In this document: positions 9,171-18,171 of the stretch, one piece after another
Position numbering within the stretch: position 1 is the first letter of the stretch
Layout of the letters: each line of letters begins with the position of its first letter
From: Chloroflexota bacterium
GTDB taxonomy: Bacteria; Chloroflexota; Limnocylindria; QHBO01
Direction of reading: 5' to 3'
Length of the DNA stretch: 64,000 nt
Assembly: GCA_013816405.1 (NCBI GenBank)
Contig: JACDEL010000002.1
Coordinates: forward strand, 6,220 to 70,219
Program-made: the position numbers and the translations under genes
Notes under the pieces: generated by a model
The model's input: only the letters and a program-made list of their open reading frames with translations
What the model was told of the DNA's origin: nothing
Database searches by the model: none

Positions 9171-10274
9171 CTAGATCGCTTCCGGAAGGTCACCACCAAA
9201 GCCATGAAGCACATACTCCGGCCGTGCGGGTGCCAGCCATCCGTCCACGACTGCCCGAAATGCTTCAGCTTCCGCGCCGGCCTTTTGATTGATTACTATC
9301 CACCGTCTTTCGGCCCCTCGAGCGGCGGCTTGGAGCCTGACGTTGACGGCCTCGTCGCGGAAGCTGTATCCAGCGACCACTACCGTGCGAGCGGATCTTG
9401 CTCGCTGCTCCAATTCAAGGAACGCATAAGCGAAAGGCCACTCGCGGCTCTTGGCGACCTTGCGTGAGCCGAGGATGACGGATGGGCTGAAATCGCTTGC
9501 CTCGGCGACAGCCAATCGTCCATAGACGTCTCCATCTCGGATGGCGACAGAATCGAACTTCAACACGGCCCCGTCAGACTCTCGTCTGAAATGCGTGAGG
9601 CATCCGTGCAGGTGGTGGAGCTGGATCGGCCTCGGCGGCGGATCCTCAGGATAATAGAGGCGGCCCGTCATGGATGGGGCACCGGCCACCAGTGTTACCT
9701 GCTCGGTTCGGGGATCGAGCCCGGAGAAGAAGTCTGTCACGGCTGGGCCTAGCCGTAGAAGGTCGTCGCTAATGAAGATGCGCTCGAGAAGGAGATCGTA
9801 ATTGAGGGTGAATACGCCCATACGCTGGTGTGCTCGGTAGAGGTTTCGTAGCCATGCCCCAAAACGTTCGACGTCGGCGGGCAAAGTAACGCGAGCTCCT
9901 TCACCGATCGCCGACAGAATCTCTGCGCAGTACGCGTAATAGAGGCGGCGAACGAGCCCTGTGATCCCCCGCTCAGTTAGCAGCTCCGCCGCGTCTCGAA
10001 GGTCTGGATGTGACGATCGACTTGCCAGGTTGAGAAACGCAGCGATCACCTCAGTGGCGGCCTCAAGTCCGGCGACAACGCCTTCGAAATCCGCTGAGGG
10101 GTCGAGGTCACCTAGCCGTACTTCGGCAAGCAGGCGATCGAGATCCACACGGTCGCTGGCGTGGTGCTCTAAGAACCTCTGTGTGATGACATCAAGGCGC
10201 AAATCTGGGTTGACGGCAATCGAGAGTCCATTGCCCACCAGAACAACGAGGTCTGTGTTTGTGCTTTCGCTCAC
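9171..10274 (-). CDS. SIR2-like (SIR2_2/DUF4917-type) putative NADase
   Basis: LVGNGLS, FTLNYDLL, HHLHGCL, VVAGYSFRDEAVN sirtuin motifs; GTG start with AGGGGG SD. Confidence 0.85.
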   Translation of the reverse strand: MSESTNTDLVVLVGNGLSIAVNPDLRLDVITQRFLEHHASDRVDLDRLLAEVRLGDLDPSADFEGVVAGLEAATEVIAAFLNLASRSSHPDLRDAAELLTERGITGLVRRLYYAYCAEILSAIGEGARVTLPADVERFGAWLRNLYRAHQRMGVFTLNYDLLLERIFISDDLLRLGPAVTDFFSGLDPRTEQVTLVAGAPSMTGRLYYPEDPPPRPIQLHHLHGCLTHFRRESDGAVLKFDSVAIRDGDVYGRLAVAEASDFSPSVILGSRKVAKSREWPFAYAFLELEQRARSARTVVVAGYSFRDEAVNVRLQAAARGAERRWIVINQKAGAEAEAFRAVVDGWLAPARPEYVLHGFGGDLPEAI

Positions 10275-10315
10275 ACTTCACCCCCTAGTAAGGCACGAGG
10301 GGCCGTGATCAAGCC

Positions 10316-10592
10316 CTACAGTAGTCGTCCAAGTGCCGACCGGATGAACCCAGCTCGCTCAGCGACCCCTTCGCGGCTAAGCGGTAAGCGTAGGTCATCG
10401 TCGACGGCCAACACCTGCCAGGTCTCGAGGTCGATATACACGGGAATCCCCTCTCTCGAGGGCGGGCTCGAGCTCAGTGAGGGCTCGCCAGTCCCCCAGG
10501 AACTCGACGCGATGTCCATCGTCATCGAGCCCGATGCCGTAGCCGCTGCCGGCAGCCTTGAGAAACGCTACGGACCCGACCTTCACTCGCAT
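10316..10592 (-). pseudogene. Small hypothetical gene (~91 aa) split by a 1-nt frameshift near 10450
   Basis: MRVKVGSVAF...PALE joins EGIPVYIDLETWQVLAVDDDL...GRLL* if one base in GAGAGAGGGG is removed. Confidence 0.55.
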
Positions 10593-10860
10593 GCGGTGAG
10601 GCTAGCACCCAACCGTCCGCGCCCGCCCTCCCGCGCCGGCCCGGCCAGGTGCGACATTTCGAGCGCCTTATCTACTAACCCCCACAGCGATTGACCTTGG
10701 ATCCGCCCGCTGGTAGACAACCGTGGCTGGTGCGCTCGGAGAGCCGGCTCAGGTGGGCCGCGTTTCAGGACCTTGGGAGAGGCGATAGCCGGTGTGCCCC
10801 CGGGTCGAGCTGCTTGGGTTTGAGGGCGCGTCCTGCCCGACTGTACAATCGCGCCGTTAC

Positions 10861-10936
10861 GCGGGAGTAACTCAGTTGGCAGAGTGTCTGCTTCCCAAGC
10901 AGAATGTCGCGGGTTCGAATCCCGTCTCCCGCTCCA
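10861..10936 (+). tRNA. tRNA-Gly(CCC)
   Basis: Acceptor GCGGGAG/CTCCCGC, anticodon arm TCTGC-TTCCCAA-GCAGA, GGTTCGAATCC, encoded CCA; TACAAT -10 upstream. Confidence 0.97.
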
Positions 10937-10970
10937 TCGCCTAGCTGCAAGAATGCCGCCCGCCCCGCCG

Positions 10971-12053
10971 ATGGCAGCGCGCATGGTGGCGATCCTCGCG
11001 CTCGCCGTGGTGCTGAGCGGCTGCAGCCCGGCCGCACAGGCATCCCCGAGTGTGATGGGCAGCGAGCCCGCAACGACGGCGACCCTGGGGCAGTCCTCGC
11101 CCGCCATCGTCGGGTGGAGTGAGCTCGCCGTTGCCGGAGCCGTACCGGCCGCCCGCGAGGACCACACCTGGACGATCTCCCCGGACGGCGCCACCGCGTA
11201 CCTGTTCGGTGGGCGCGACGGCGGAACGGTCTACGGCGACCTCTGGAGCTATTCCCTTGGGAGCAACACGTGGAGTGCCGTGGCAGTCTCCGGCAAGGAG
11301 CCACCGGCACGATTTGGCCACAACGCAGCATGGGCCGACGGGATCGGGCTGGTCATCTTCGCGGGCCAGGCCGGCGGCGACTTCTTCAACGACCTGTGGG
11401 CATACGATCCCGCCACCAATGCATGGCGGTCGCTCCCCGCGAGCGGGTCCCTGCCCGTTGCGCGATATGGCAGCTGCGCCGCGGTCGGGCCGGATGGCCG
11501 ACTCTGGATGAGCCACGGCTTCACCAGCGAGGGGCAACGCTTCGCGGACACGCGTGCGTACGACTTCGTGGCAGGCAACTGGACCGATGAGACGCCTGCG
11601 GGAGATGCGCCGATCCAGCGATGCCTGCACGCCTGCTGGTGGACCGATGACGGCGCCCTGCGCCTGTACGGTGGCCAGACCACCCGGACGATTGCGCTCG
11701 GCGACCTCTGGCAGCTGACGCGCGGCGAACGACCCGGCACCAATGCATGGACCCAGACGGACGTGGTCCAGGGGATGCCACCCGCCCGCAACCTTTACGC
11801 CGCCTCGCACTGGGGCGACGGGGCCCTCGTCATCGGAGGCCAGGGGGCCGATGGCGACTACCTGGCCGACACCTGGTGGCTGGCCGATTCAACCACCGCC
11901 TGGGAGCAGGTCGACGCAACGGGTCCTTCGGCCCGGTCTGGGGCCGAGCTTATCGCCGACGCCGACGGTGGGCGACTCCTGCTCTTTGGAGGACGCGACA
12001 GCACCGTGGTGTTCGGCGACCTCTGGCAACTGGCCGTGCCCGACCAACCCTAA
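10971..12053 (+). CDS. Kelch-repeat beta-propeller lipoprotein
   Basis: Lipobox VLSGC; repeated LFGG...DLW Kelch units; start uncertain (10953/10971/10983). Confidence 0.85.
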   Translation: MAARMVAILALAVVLSGCSPAAQASPSVMGSEPATTATLGQSSPAIVGWSELAVAGAVPAAREDHTWTISPDGATAYLFGGRDGGTVYGDLWSYSLGSNTWSAVAVSGKEPPARFGHNAAWADGIGLVIFAGQAGGDFFNDLWAYDPATNAWRSLPASGSLPVARYGSCAAVGPDGRLWMSHGFTSEGQRFADTRAYDFVAGNWTDETPAGDAPIQRCLHACWWTDDGALRLYGGQTTRTIALGDLWQLTRGERPGTNAWTQTDVVQGMPPARNLYAASHWGDGALVIGGQGADGDYLADTWWLADSTTAWEQVDATGPSARSGAELIADADGGRLLLFGGRDSTVVFGDLWQLAVPDQP

Positions 12054-12162
12054 AGTGGGCGCGAAGGAATCAGGTGTTGGTAGCATGGGCGCGAACACCC
12101 CGCTCGAGCGCCACCATTGACCTGCGCTCGCATTGGCCCGCACAAGGAGACCGCCGCACCCG

Positions 12163-13752
12163 ATGAGCACGCTCGCCGAGCGCCCGACCGCCCCCCCGCC
12201 GATGGGACCGCATGGACGCCGCCTCCCGCCCGCGCGGAGCTTCCGATACAACCCCTCCCCCGAGGAGCTCCAGGCGCTCACCAGCCAAATGCCACAGGCG
12301 CGCCGCACCAGCTTCGCCAACTACAACGTCCAGACCAGGGTCGTGAGCCGATCGAAGGAATCGACCTACCTGGTGACCGATGACCCCGCGCAGACGACCG
12401 GCAAGGCGATCTCGCGGGCTGAGGCTGCCCGCATCGGCGGCCTCCAGGACGCGTACGTCGCCGAGACCAGCATGCTGGTCATCGATGGCTACCTGGGAAA
12501 CGATGAGGAGCAGCGATCCAGGGTCCGCCTCTACGTCGAGGAAGCCAACGCCAACATCGCCGGCATGCAGCAGCAGCTCTACTTCCCGCCGGATGCGCCC
12601 GCCGACGAGTGGGTGCCCGAGCTGTCGCTCATCTACACCCCCAACCTGCCGATGCCCGGCTACCCCGACGACCGGCTGATCTCGGTCGACGTCGAGGCTG
12701 GCGTGACCCGCGTCATGAACTCCGACTACTTCGGGGAGTCGAAGAAGGGCGGTCTGCGAATGTGGAACGCCCTCGTCTACGAGCGCGGCGGCCTCGCCAT
12801 GCACGCCGGCTGCAAGGTCGTCCCGACGGAGGGCGGCGAGCGCACGATGCTCATCATCGGCCTGTCGGGAACGGGCAAGACGACCACCACCTTCACCCGC
12901 CAGAACAACAGCCAGCCAGTTCAGGATGACTTCATCGGCCTCTTCGAGGGTGGCAAGGTGGTGGGGACCGAGAACGGCTGCTTCGCGAAGACCTTCGGCC
13001 TCGACCCGGCCCACGAGCCGGCGATCCATGGCGCCGTCGTCAAGCCCGATGCCTACCTCGAGAACGTCTCGCAGAAGGAAGCCGATGGGCCGGTCGACTT
13101 CTTCGACACCTCGTACACCAAGAATGGACGCGCAACCTTCCCGATGTCGTCGCTGGGGATCTGGCGCGATCCGCGTGAGATCGGCCCCGTCAACCATCTG
13201 CTGATCCTGAACCGCAACGACAACGTCATCCCGGCGGTGGCGCGCCTGTCGCGGGAGCAGGCGGCGGCCTACTTCATGCTCGGCGAGACGCAGGGGACGT
13301 CTGCGGGCGGAGCGGCCGAGGAGGGTCGGGCGCTGCGTGTGCCCGGCACCAATCCCTTCTACCCGTACCGGGATGAGCAGCAGGCGAATCGGTTCCTGGA
13401 GCTGATGGCGAGCAGCGACTTTGACGTCTTCCTGCTCAACACCGGCCGGGTGGGTGGGGGCGAGGGCGACCCGTCTTCCAAGAAGGTCGCCATCGAGCAT
13501 TCAGGGGCGATCGTCAAGGCCATCGCGGAAGGCACCATTCAGTGGGAGGCAGATCCCGACTTCGGCTACCTCGTAGCATCGCTCCTGCCCGGCGTGGATG
13601 ACCTCGAGCTGCTCCAGCCTCGGCTCCTGTATGAGCGCACGGGTCGCGCGGACGAGTATCGCGGCTGGGTCGAGCGGCTCAAGCACGAACGCATCGAGTT
13701 CCTGGAGGGGTACTCCGGGCTGGCGCCGGAGATCGTCGCCGCAGTCCGCTAG
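12163..13752 (+). CDS. pckA: Phosphoenolpyruvate carboxykinase (ATP)
   Basis: YFGESKKG, GLSGTGKTT, QDD, ENGCFAKT, NGRATF; AAGGAG SD. Confidence 0.92.
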   Translation: MSTLAERPTAPPPMGPHGRRLPPARSFRYNPSPEELQALTSQMPQARRTSFANYNVQTRVVSRSKESTYLVTDDPAQTTGKAISRAEAARIGGLQDAYVAETSMLVIDGYLGNDEEQRSRVRLYVEEANANIAGMQQQLYFPPDAPADEWVPELSLIYTPNLPMPGYPDDRLISVDVEAGVTRVMNSDYFGESKKGGLRMWNALVYERGGLAMHAGCKVVPTEGGERTMLIIGLSGTGKTTTTFTRQNNSQPVQDDFIGLFEGGKVVGTENGCFAKTFGLDPAHEPAIHGAVVKPDAYLENVSQKEADGPVDFFDTSYTKNGRATFPMSSLGIWRDPREIGPVNHLLILNRNDNVIPAVARLSREQAAAYFMLGETQGTSAGGAAEEGRALRVPGTNPFYPYRDEQQANRFLELMASSDFDVFLLNTGRVGGGEGDPSSKKVAIEHSGAIVKAIAEGTIQWEADPDFGYLVASLLPGVDDLELLQPRLLYERTGRADEYRGWVERLKHERIEFLEGYSGLAPEIVAAVR

Positions 13753-15452
13753 GCGGCGGGTACGCGCATGCTCTCGACGGCGAATGCCTTCAGAGCGTAG
13801 CTGAAGCCCTTCAGCGTCAGGTCTTCGACCGGTTCCGCAACTACCGCTTCCTCGATCACGGCGAGGACGCGCTGGCTGATCAAGATCTGTCCGGCCTTCG
13901 CCGCGTCCGACAGCCGCGAGGCGAGGATCACAGAGTTACCGATCGCCGCGTAGTCGTATCTCCCTTCGAAGCCGATGCGCCCGAGGGTCGCGAACCCCGA
14001 CGCGATCCCGATCCCAAGTCCCAGCTCGTAGCCGCGCTTGCGCCAGGCATTGGACAGCACGCCGAATCGCTCGCGCATGTCGCAGGCGGTGCGGACCGCG
14101 GCGAGCTGGTGATCGGCCACCTGCTGCGGGTCGTTGAAGAAGACCATCAGGCCGTCGCCGGCGAAGTGCTCCACCGTCCCGCCGTTCGCGACGGCCAGCT
14201 CGCCGACCGCTTCGTGGTACTGCCGCAGCACCCCCAGCACCTCCTCTGGCTCGGCCTGCTCTGCGAAGGCCGTGAAGCCACGCAGATCGGCGAAGAGGGC
14301 GGTGATCTCGCGCCGGTGGCCGGCAAGCAGCTGCTCGCCCTCAGCGCTCGACAGCAGCTGGGCGGCCTGCGGGGCGTAGCGGGCCAGCTCCGTGCGCTGC
14401 CGGTCGATCGTCTCGAACAGCCGGACGTTCTCGATGGCCAGCACGGCCTGGTCGGCGAACGTGCTCAGCAGGCTGATCTGGGAGGGGGTGAAGACCTCCA
14501 CGTGCCGTCGCCAGACAGAGAGGACGCCGATCGGCTCTCCATCGCGGAACATCGGGATCCCCAGCACTGTTCGAAAACCGGACAGGCGCTGCGCTTCCGC
14601 CAGCTCATAGTCCGGATCGGCCAGGACGTCCTCGATCTGGATGGGTGCGCGTTCGAGCAGGGCACGACCCATGGCCGATCCTCGGCCCGGTGCGGGGACG
14701 AACCCCATCATCAGCTCCCGGAAATCCTCTGGCACCTCCGCGCTGAAGACCCGTGCGCGAAACTCCCCGCCGATCTCGCGGGTGATGTTGCCCTGGTCGG
14801 CATGGGAGAGACGGACGGCGTTGTCGAGCACCGACTGGAGCACCGCGTCCAGCTCGAAGGTCGAGCGGCTGATGGACTGCAGGACATTGCCAACCGCCGT
14901 CTCCCGTTCAAGCGCCTCGTGGGTCTCCGCCAGCAGCCGACCCAGCCGGATCGCCACCGCCGCCTGATCGGCGAAGAGGCTGACGACCTCAATCTGCTCG
15001 TCGGTGAAGGGCTCCACCCTGGTTCGGCCCAGGCCAAATGCGCCGATCACACCCTCGTCAGTGCGGATCGGCACGCCCAGCATGGTTCGCACGCCCCCTA
15101 CCTGATATCCACCCGCCTCGTATTCCGGGTCGGCTGCGAGGTCTGCAACGTGCACGGGCTCGCCGCTGAGAGCCACCCGGCCCACTACGGACGTTCGGCC
15201 GATTCGATCCGGGTGATCGCGTTCATATGCCCAGTGCTCGGGCGTGCCGCCGGTCGCCGCGGCAAATCGAAACAGATCGCCATCGCGCAAGAAGACGAAT
15301 CCCATCTCTGCCCGGCACAGCGCCGCGGCCTCCGCGGAGATGCGATCCAGGATCGGCTGGAGCTCGAAGCCGGCTCCGGCCACCGCGGCCAAGACGTGAC
15401 CTACGGCCCCCAGGGCTTCCCGTTCGGAAGTGCGAGCCTCCTTTTCAGCCAT
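13749..15452 (-). CDS. GAF-GAF class III adenylate/guanylate cyclase
   Basis: Two GAF domains (FADQAAVAI, FADQAVLAIEN); LFADLRGFT, FAGDGLMVFF, GIASG, LASRL. Confidence 0.9.
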   Translation of the reverse strand: MAEKEARTSEREALGAVGHVLAAVAGAGFELQPILDRISAEAAALCRAEMGFVFLRDGDLFRFAAATGGTPEHWAYERDHPDRIGRTSVVGRVALSGEPVHVADLAADPEYEAGGYQVGGVRTMLGVPIRTDEGVIGAFGLGRTRVEPFTDEQIEVVSLFADQAAVAIRLGRLLAETHEALERETAVGNVLQSISRSTFELDAVLQSVLDNAVRLSHADQGNITREIGGEFRARVFSAEVPEDFRELMMGFVPAPGRGSAMGRALLERAPIQIEDVLADPDYELAEAQRLSGFRTVLGIPMFRDGEPIGVLSVWRRHVEVFTPSQISLLSTFADQAVLAIENVRLFETIDRQRTELARYAPQAAQLLSSAEGEQLLAGHRREITALFADLRGFTAFAEQAEPEEVLGVLRQYHEAVGELAVANGGTVEHFAGDGLMVFFNDPQQVADHQLAAVRTACDMRERFGVLSNAWRKRGYELGLGIGIASGFATLGRIGFEGRYDYAAIGNSVILASRLSDAAKAGQILISQRVLAVIEEAVVAEPVEDLTLKGFSYALKAFAVESMRVPAA

Positions 15453-15894
15453 CCGTTTCGAGTGTTGCGTCCACCGAGAGCTCGACGTTCCCGGCCAGTG
15501 CCCGCGAGATCGGACAGCCGTCCTTCGTGCCCTCCGCAATCCGGTCGAACTCCTCGGGCGTGATCCCATGGACGTGACCGAGGACGGTGAGGGCGGAGCG
15601 CGTGACCGTCCAGCCGCCGTCGATCTTGTCAAAGGTCACCTCGGCCTCGACATGCATCTCCTCCGGCGTATGGCCCGCCCGGCCCAGGTCGGCCGAGAAG
15701 GCCATGGCAAAACAGGTGGCATGCGCGGCGGCGAGCAGCTCTTCTGGCGAGGTGCGGCCATCGGGCGCCTCGGTGCGCGACGCCCACGACACGGGCAGAT
15801 CGGTGAAGGTGCCGGATGAGCCGGCGGTGACAGTGCCGTCGCCGGTGGCGAGCGGGCCCTGCCAGGTGACGGTGGCGGTGCGGACGGCGGCCAT
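15445..15894 (-). CDS. osmC: OsmC family peroxiredoxin
   Basis: TSPEELLAAAHATCFAMA and CPISRAL. Confidence 0.93.
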   Translation of the reverse strand: MAAVRTATVTWQGPLATGDGTVTAGSSGTFTDLPVSWASRTEAPDGRTSPEELLAAAHATCFAMAFSADLGRAGHTPEEMHVEAEVTFDKIDGGWTVTRSALTVLGHVHGITPEEFDRIAEGTKDGCPISRALAGNVELSVDATLETDG

Positions 15895-15949
15895 TGAATC
15901 GGTCCTCCTTGTATCCTGCGGGGACTTCAGCCTACCGCACGCAGGACCG

Positions 15950-16567
15950 ATGTCGAGCGCCGAGCCAAGCCTCCCCCGACCCATCCCCAGCATCCGCGGC
16001 GAGATGGTCTACCTGCGCCCCGCCGAGCGGGACGACATCGACCTGTTCGTGCGCTGGTTTGCCGATGCCGAGACCACTCGCTACCTGGCCACGCGCGCCC
16101 CGTTCAGCAAGGCGATGGAGGAGCGCTGGTTCGACTCGATGCTCGAACAGCAGGGCAGGCGAAGCTACCACTTTGTCATCTGCCTGCTGGCCGACGATCG
16201 GGCGATTGGCACCGCGGGCTTCCACCATGTGAACCAGGAGGACGGCAACGCCTCGTTCGGCATCAGCATCGGCGAGAAGGCGGAGTGGTCCAAGGGCTAC
16301 GGGACCGATGCGCTGCGCGCCATCTGCGACTTCGGCTTCGGGCAGCTACGCCTGGAACGGATCGAGCTGGACGTCTACGAGCCGAACCGGCGCGCCCAGC
16401 GCTCCTACGAGAAGGCCGGCTTCGTGAAGGAGGGAACGCTCCGCCACGCGCACTTCTCCGATGGGGCCTTCCACGATGTAGTGCGGATGTCCCTCCTGCG
16501 CGAGGAGTGGGCGTCGCAGCCACGCTCCCGGCCGTGGGACGAGCCGATCACCGACCACGGAGCGTAG
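15950..16567 (+). CDS. GNAT N-acetyltransferase (RimJ/RimL type)
   Basis: VYLRPAE, WSKGYGTDAL, NRRAQRSYEKAGFVKEG. Confidence 0.9.
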   Translation: MSSAEPSLPRPIPSIRGEMVYLRPAERDDIDLFVRWFADAETTRYLATRAPFSKAMEERWFDSMLEQQGRRSYHFVICLLADDRAIGTAGFHHVNQEDGNASFGISIGEKAEWSKGYGTDALRAICDFGFGQLRLERIELDVYEPNRRAQRSYEKAGFVKEGTLRHAHFSDGAFHDVVRMSLLREEWASQPRSRPWDEPITDHGA

Positions 16568-17557
16568 GTGTTCGAGCTGCGTCGCGACCCGGTCACCGGC
16601 TGGTGGTCGGCGATCGTCACGGACCGGACCTTCGAGCACGCCTCGTTCGTCGTGCAGGCAACCCCGATCGAGGGGACCCACTGCCGGCACTGTGACGACG
16701 ACCCAACGCCCTCCGCGGACGCCGCGGAGGAGACCGCCATCCGGCGCGTCACGCTCCGCCAGGACGCCTTCCACCGGATCGACACCGGCCAGGAGCGGAC
16801 CGGCCAGCTCTCCGTCGAGCAGGCGATGGCCGCGAGTGGCTCGTGGGAGATCCTGGTCGCGCCGCGCGAGCACCACGAGCGCCTGGCCGATGCCCCGCCA
16901 CGACTCGCGGTGAACCTGCTGCGGGCCCTGCGCGACACGATGCGCGAGATGGCCGCCGAGCCGCGGCCCGACGACGAGCCTCGCTACATCCAGGCCGTGC
17001 AGAGCTACGGCATGCAGGCCGGCTCGCGGAGCAGCCATCTGAACATGGAGCTGTACTCGATCCCGCAGGTCCCCCACTGGGTGGCCGAGGAGATCGGTGG
17101 GGGCGCTCGATACGTCATCAAGACGCGCTCCTGCGTGTGGTGCAGCCTCGCCCGGAGCGAAGAGGAATCGGGGGAGCGACTCGTCCTGGCCGAGGAGCGC
17201 TTCGTGGTCTTCGCGCCTGCCGCCAGCCGCTCGGCATTTGAGCTGATGATCGTGCCGCGCGCGCACGCCGCCGACTTCACAACGCTCGACGATGACGACA
17301 TCGCGGCGGCCACCGCCACCCTGCAGCGGACCCTGGGTGCGCTCGATGCCCTGGGCGACCCTCCGTACAACCTGTTCCTGCACACGGCTCCCGTCGGGGA
17401 GCGACTGGACGAGACCTTCCACTGGCACTGGGAGGTCCATCCGCGACTGCGCGTGATCGCCGGGCTCGAGCGCGCGACCGCGCTCGCGGTCAACCCGGCG
17501 GCACCGGAATACGCGGCCGGCCTGCTGCGTGAGCACCTTGGCAAGGGGAGCGTGTAA
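16568..17557 (+). CDS. GalT/HIT-superfamily protein with degenerate active site
   Basis: ELRRDPVTGWW, CxxC, CVWC, PYNLFLHTAP, HWHWEVHPR, AGLERAT; catalytic HxH reads HLN. Confidence 0.85.
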   Translation: MFELRRDPVTGWWSAIVTDRTFEHASFVVQATPIEGTHCRHCDDDPTPSADAAEETAIRRVTLRQDAFHRIDTGQERTGQLSVEQAMAASGSWEILVAPREHHERLADAPPRLAVNLLRALRDTMREMAAEPRPDDEPRYIQAVQSYGMQAGSRSSHLNMELYSIPQVPHWVAEEIGGGARYVIKTRSCVWCSLARSEEESGERLVLAEERFVVFAPAASRSAFELMIVPRAHAADFTTLDDDDIAAATATLQRTLGALDALGDPPYNLFLHTAPVGERLDETFHWHWEVHPRLRVIAGLERATALAVNPAAPEYAAGLLREHLGKGSV

Positions 17558-17579
17558 CAGGTGCCTGCCGAGCGGCGTC
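17553..17579 (+). promoter_or_regulatory. Candidate ECF-type autoregulatory promoter
   Basis: TGTAAC-N17-CGTC directly upstream of the ECF sigma gene. Confidence 0.5.
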
Positions 17580-17589
17580 CACAGCACCA

Positions 17590-18171
17590 ATGGCGCTTGC
17601 ATCACGGCTCGCATGGCGTTCCGCGGAGATGACTGTTCCGCGGGACGGCTCCGACGCGCGCAAGGCCGAGTTCGATCGGATCTTCACGGAATACTCGGCG
17701 CCCATCTACAACTACGTATTGCGTATGGTGGGTGACCCGGATCGGGCGGCTGACATCGCGCAGGACACCTTCATCAAGGCGTACCGCAAGCTTGACACCC
17801 TGACCGATGCCTCCTCGACCCGCTCCTGGCTCTACCGGATCGCTACCAACACCGCGATCGACGAGATGCGCCGCCGCCGGAACGTCGTCAGGCTGGATGC
17901 CGACGAGGACCGCCCGGTCGAGCAGGCGGACGGCGGTCCCGGCCCGGAGACCCAGGTGCTGAGCGGCCTCATGGACGAGCGCATCAGTCGCGCCCTGCTC
18001 CATCTGAAGCCAAACCACCGACAGTGCCTGATCCTGTCGGACGTGGAGGACATGAGCGCGGTGCAGATCGGCGAGGTGATGGGCATGTCGAATGGCGCGG
18101 TGCGTGTCCTGCTGTGCCGCGCCCGGGGTGAGATGCGCCGCAGGCTGGCGGCGGAGGGCCTGGTCCGATGA
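17590..18171 (+). CDS. ECF RNA polymerase sigma factor
   Basis: DIAQDTFIKAY, WLYRIATNTAID, region 4 HTH; alternative start at 17629. Confidence 0.93.
   Translation: MALASRLAWRSAEMTVPRDGSDARKAEFDRIFTEYSAPIYNYVLRMVGDPDRAADIAQDTFIKAYRKLDTLTDASSTRSWLYRIATNTAIDEMRRRRNVVRLDADEDRPVEQADGGPGPETQVLSGLMDERISRALLHLKPNHRQCLILSDVEDMSAVQIGEVMGMSNGAVRVLLCRARGEMRRRLAAEGLVR

Larger units (their letters stand above)
3394..10600. mobile_element. Defence islet (SIR2 + Type III RM), probably horizontally acquired; ends approximate
   Basis: Defence gene content, visibly more A/T-ending codons than the flanks, decayed genes at both edges; no integrase or att repeat found. Confidence 0.5.

Noticed and set aside
3321-10816. 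GCTGCTTG at both islet flanks as a target-site duplication
   Set aside because: Only 8 bp in GC-rich DNA, compatible with chance
10861-10936. tRNA-Gly as the integration site of the RM islet
   Set aside because: The islet lies 5' of the tRNA and I found no duplicated tRNA fragment at the far end
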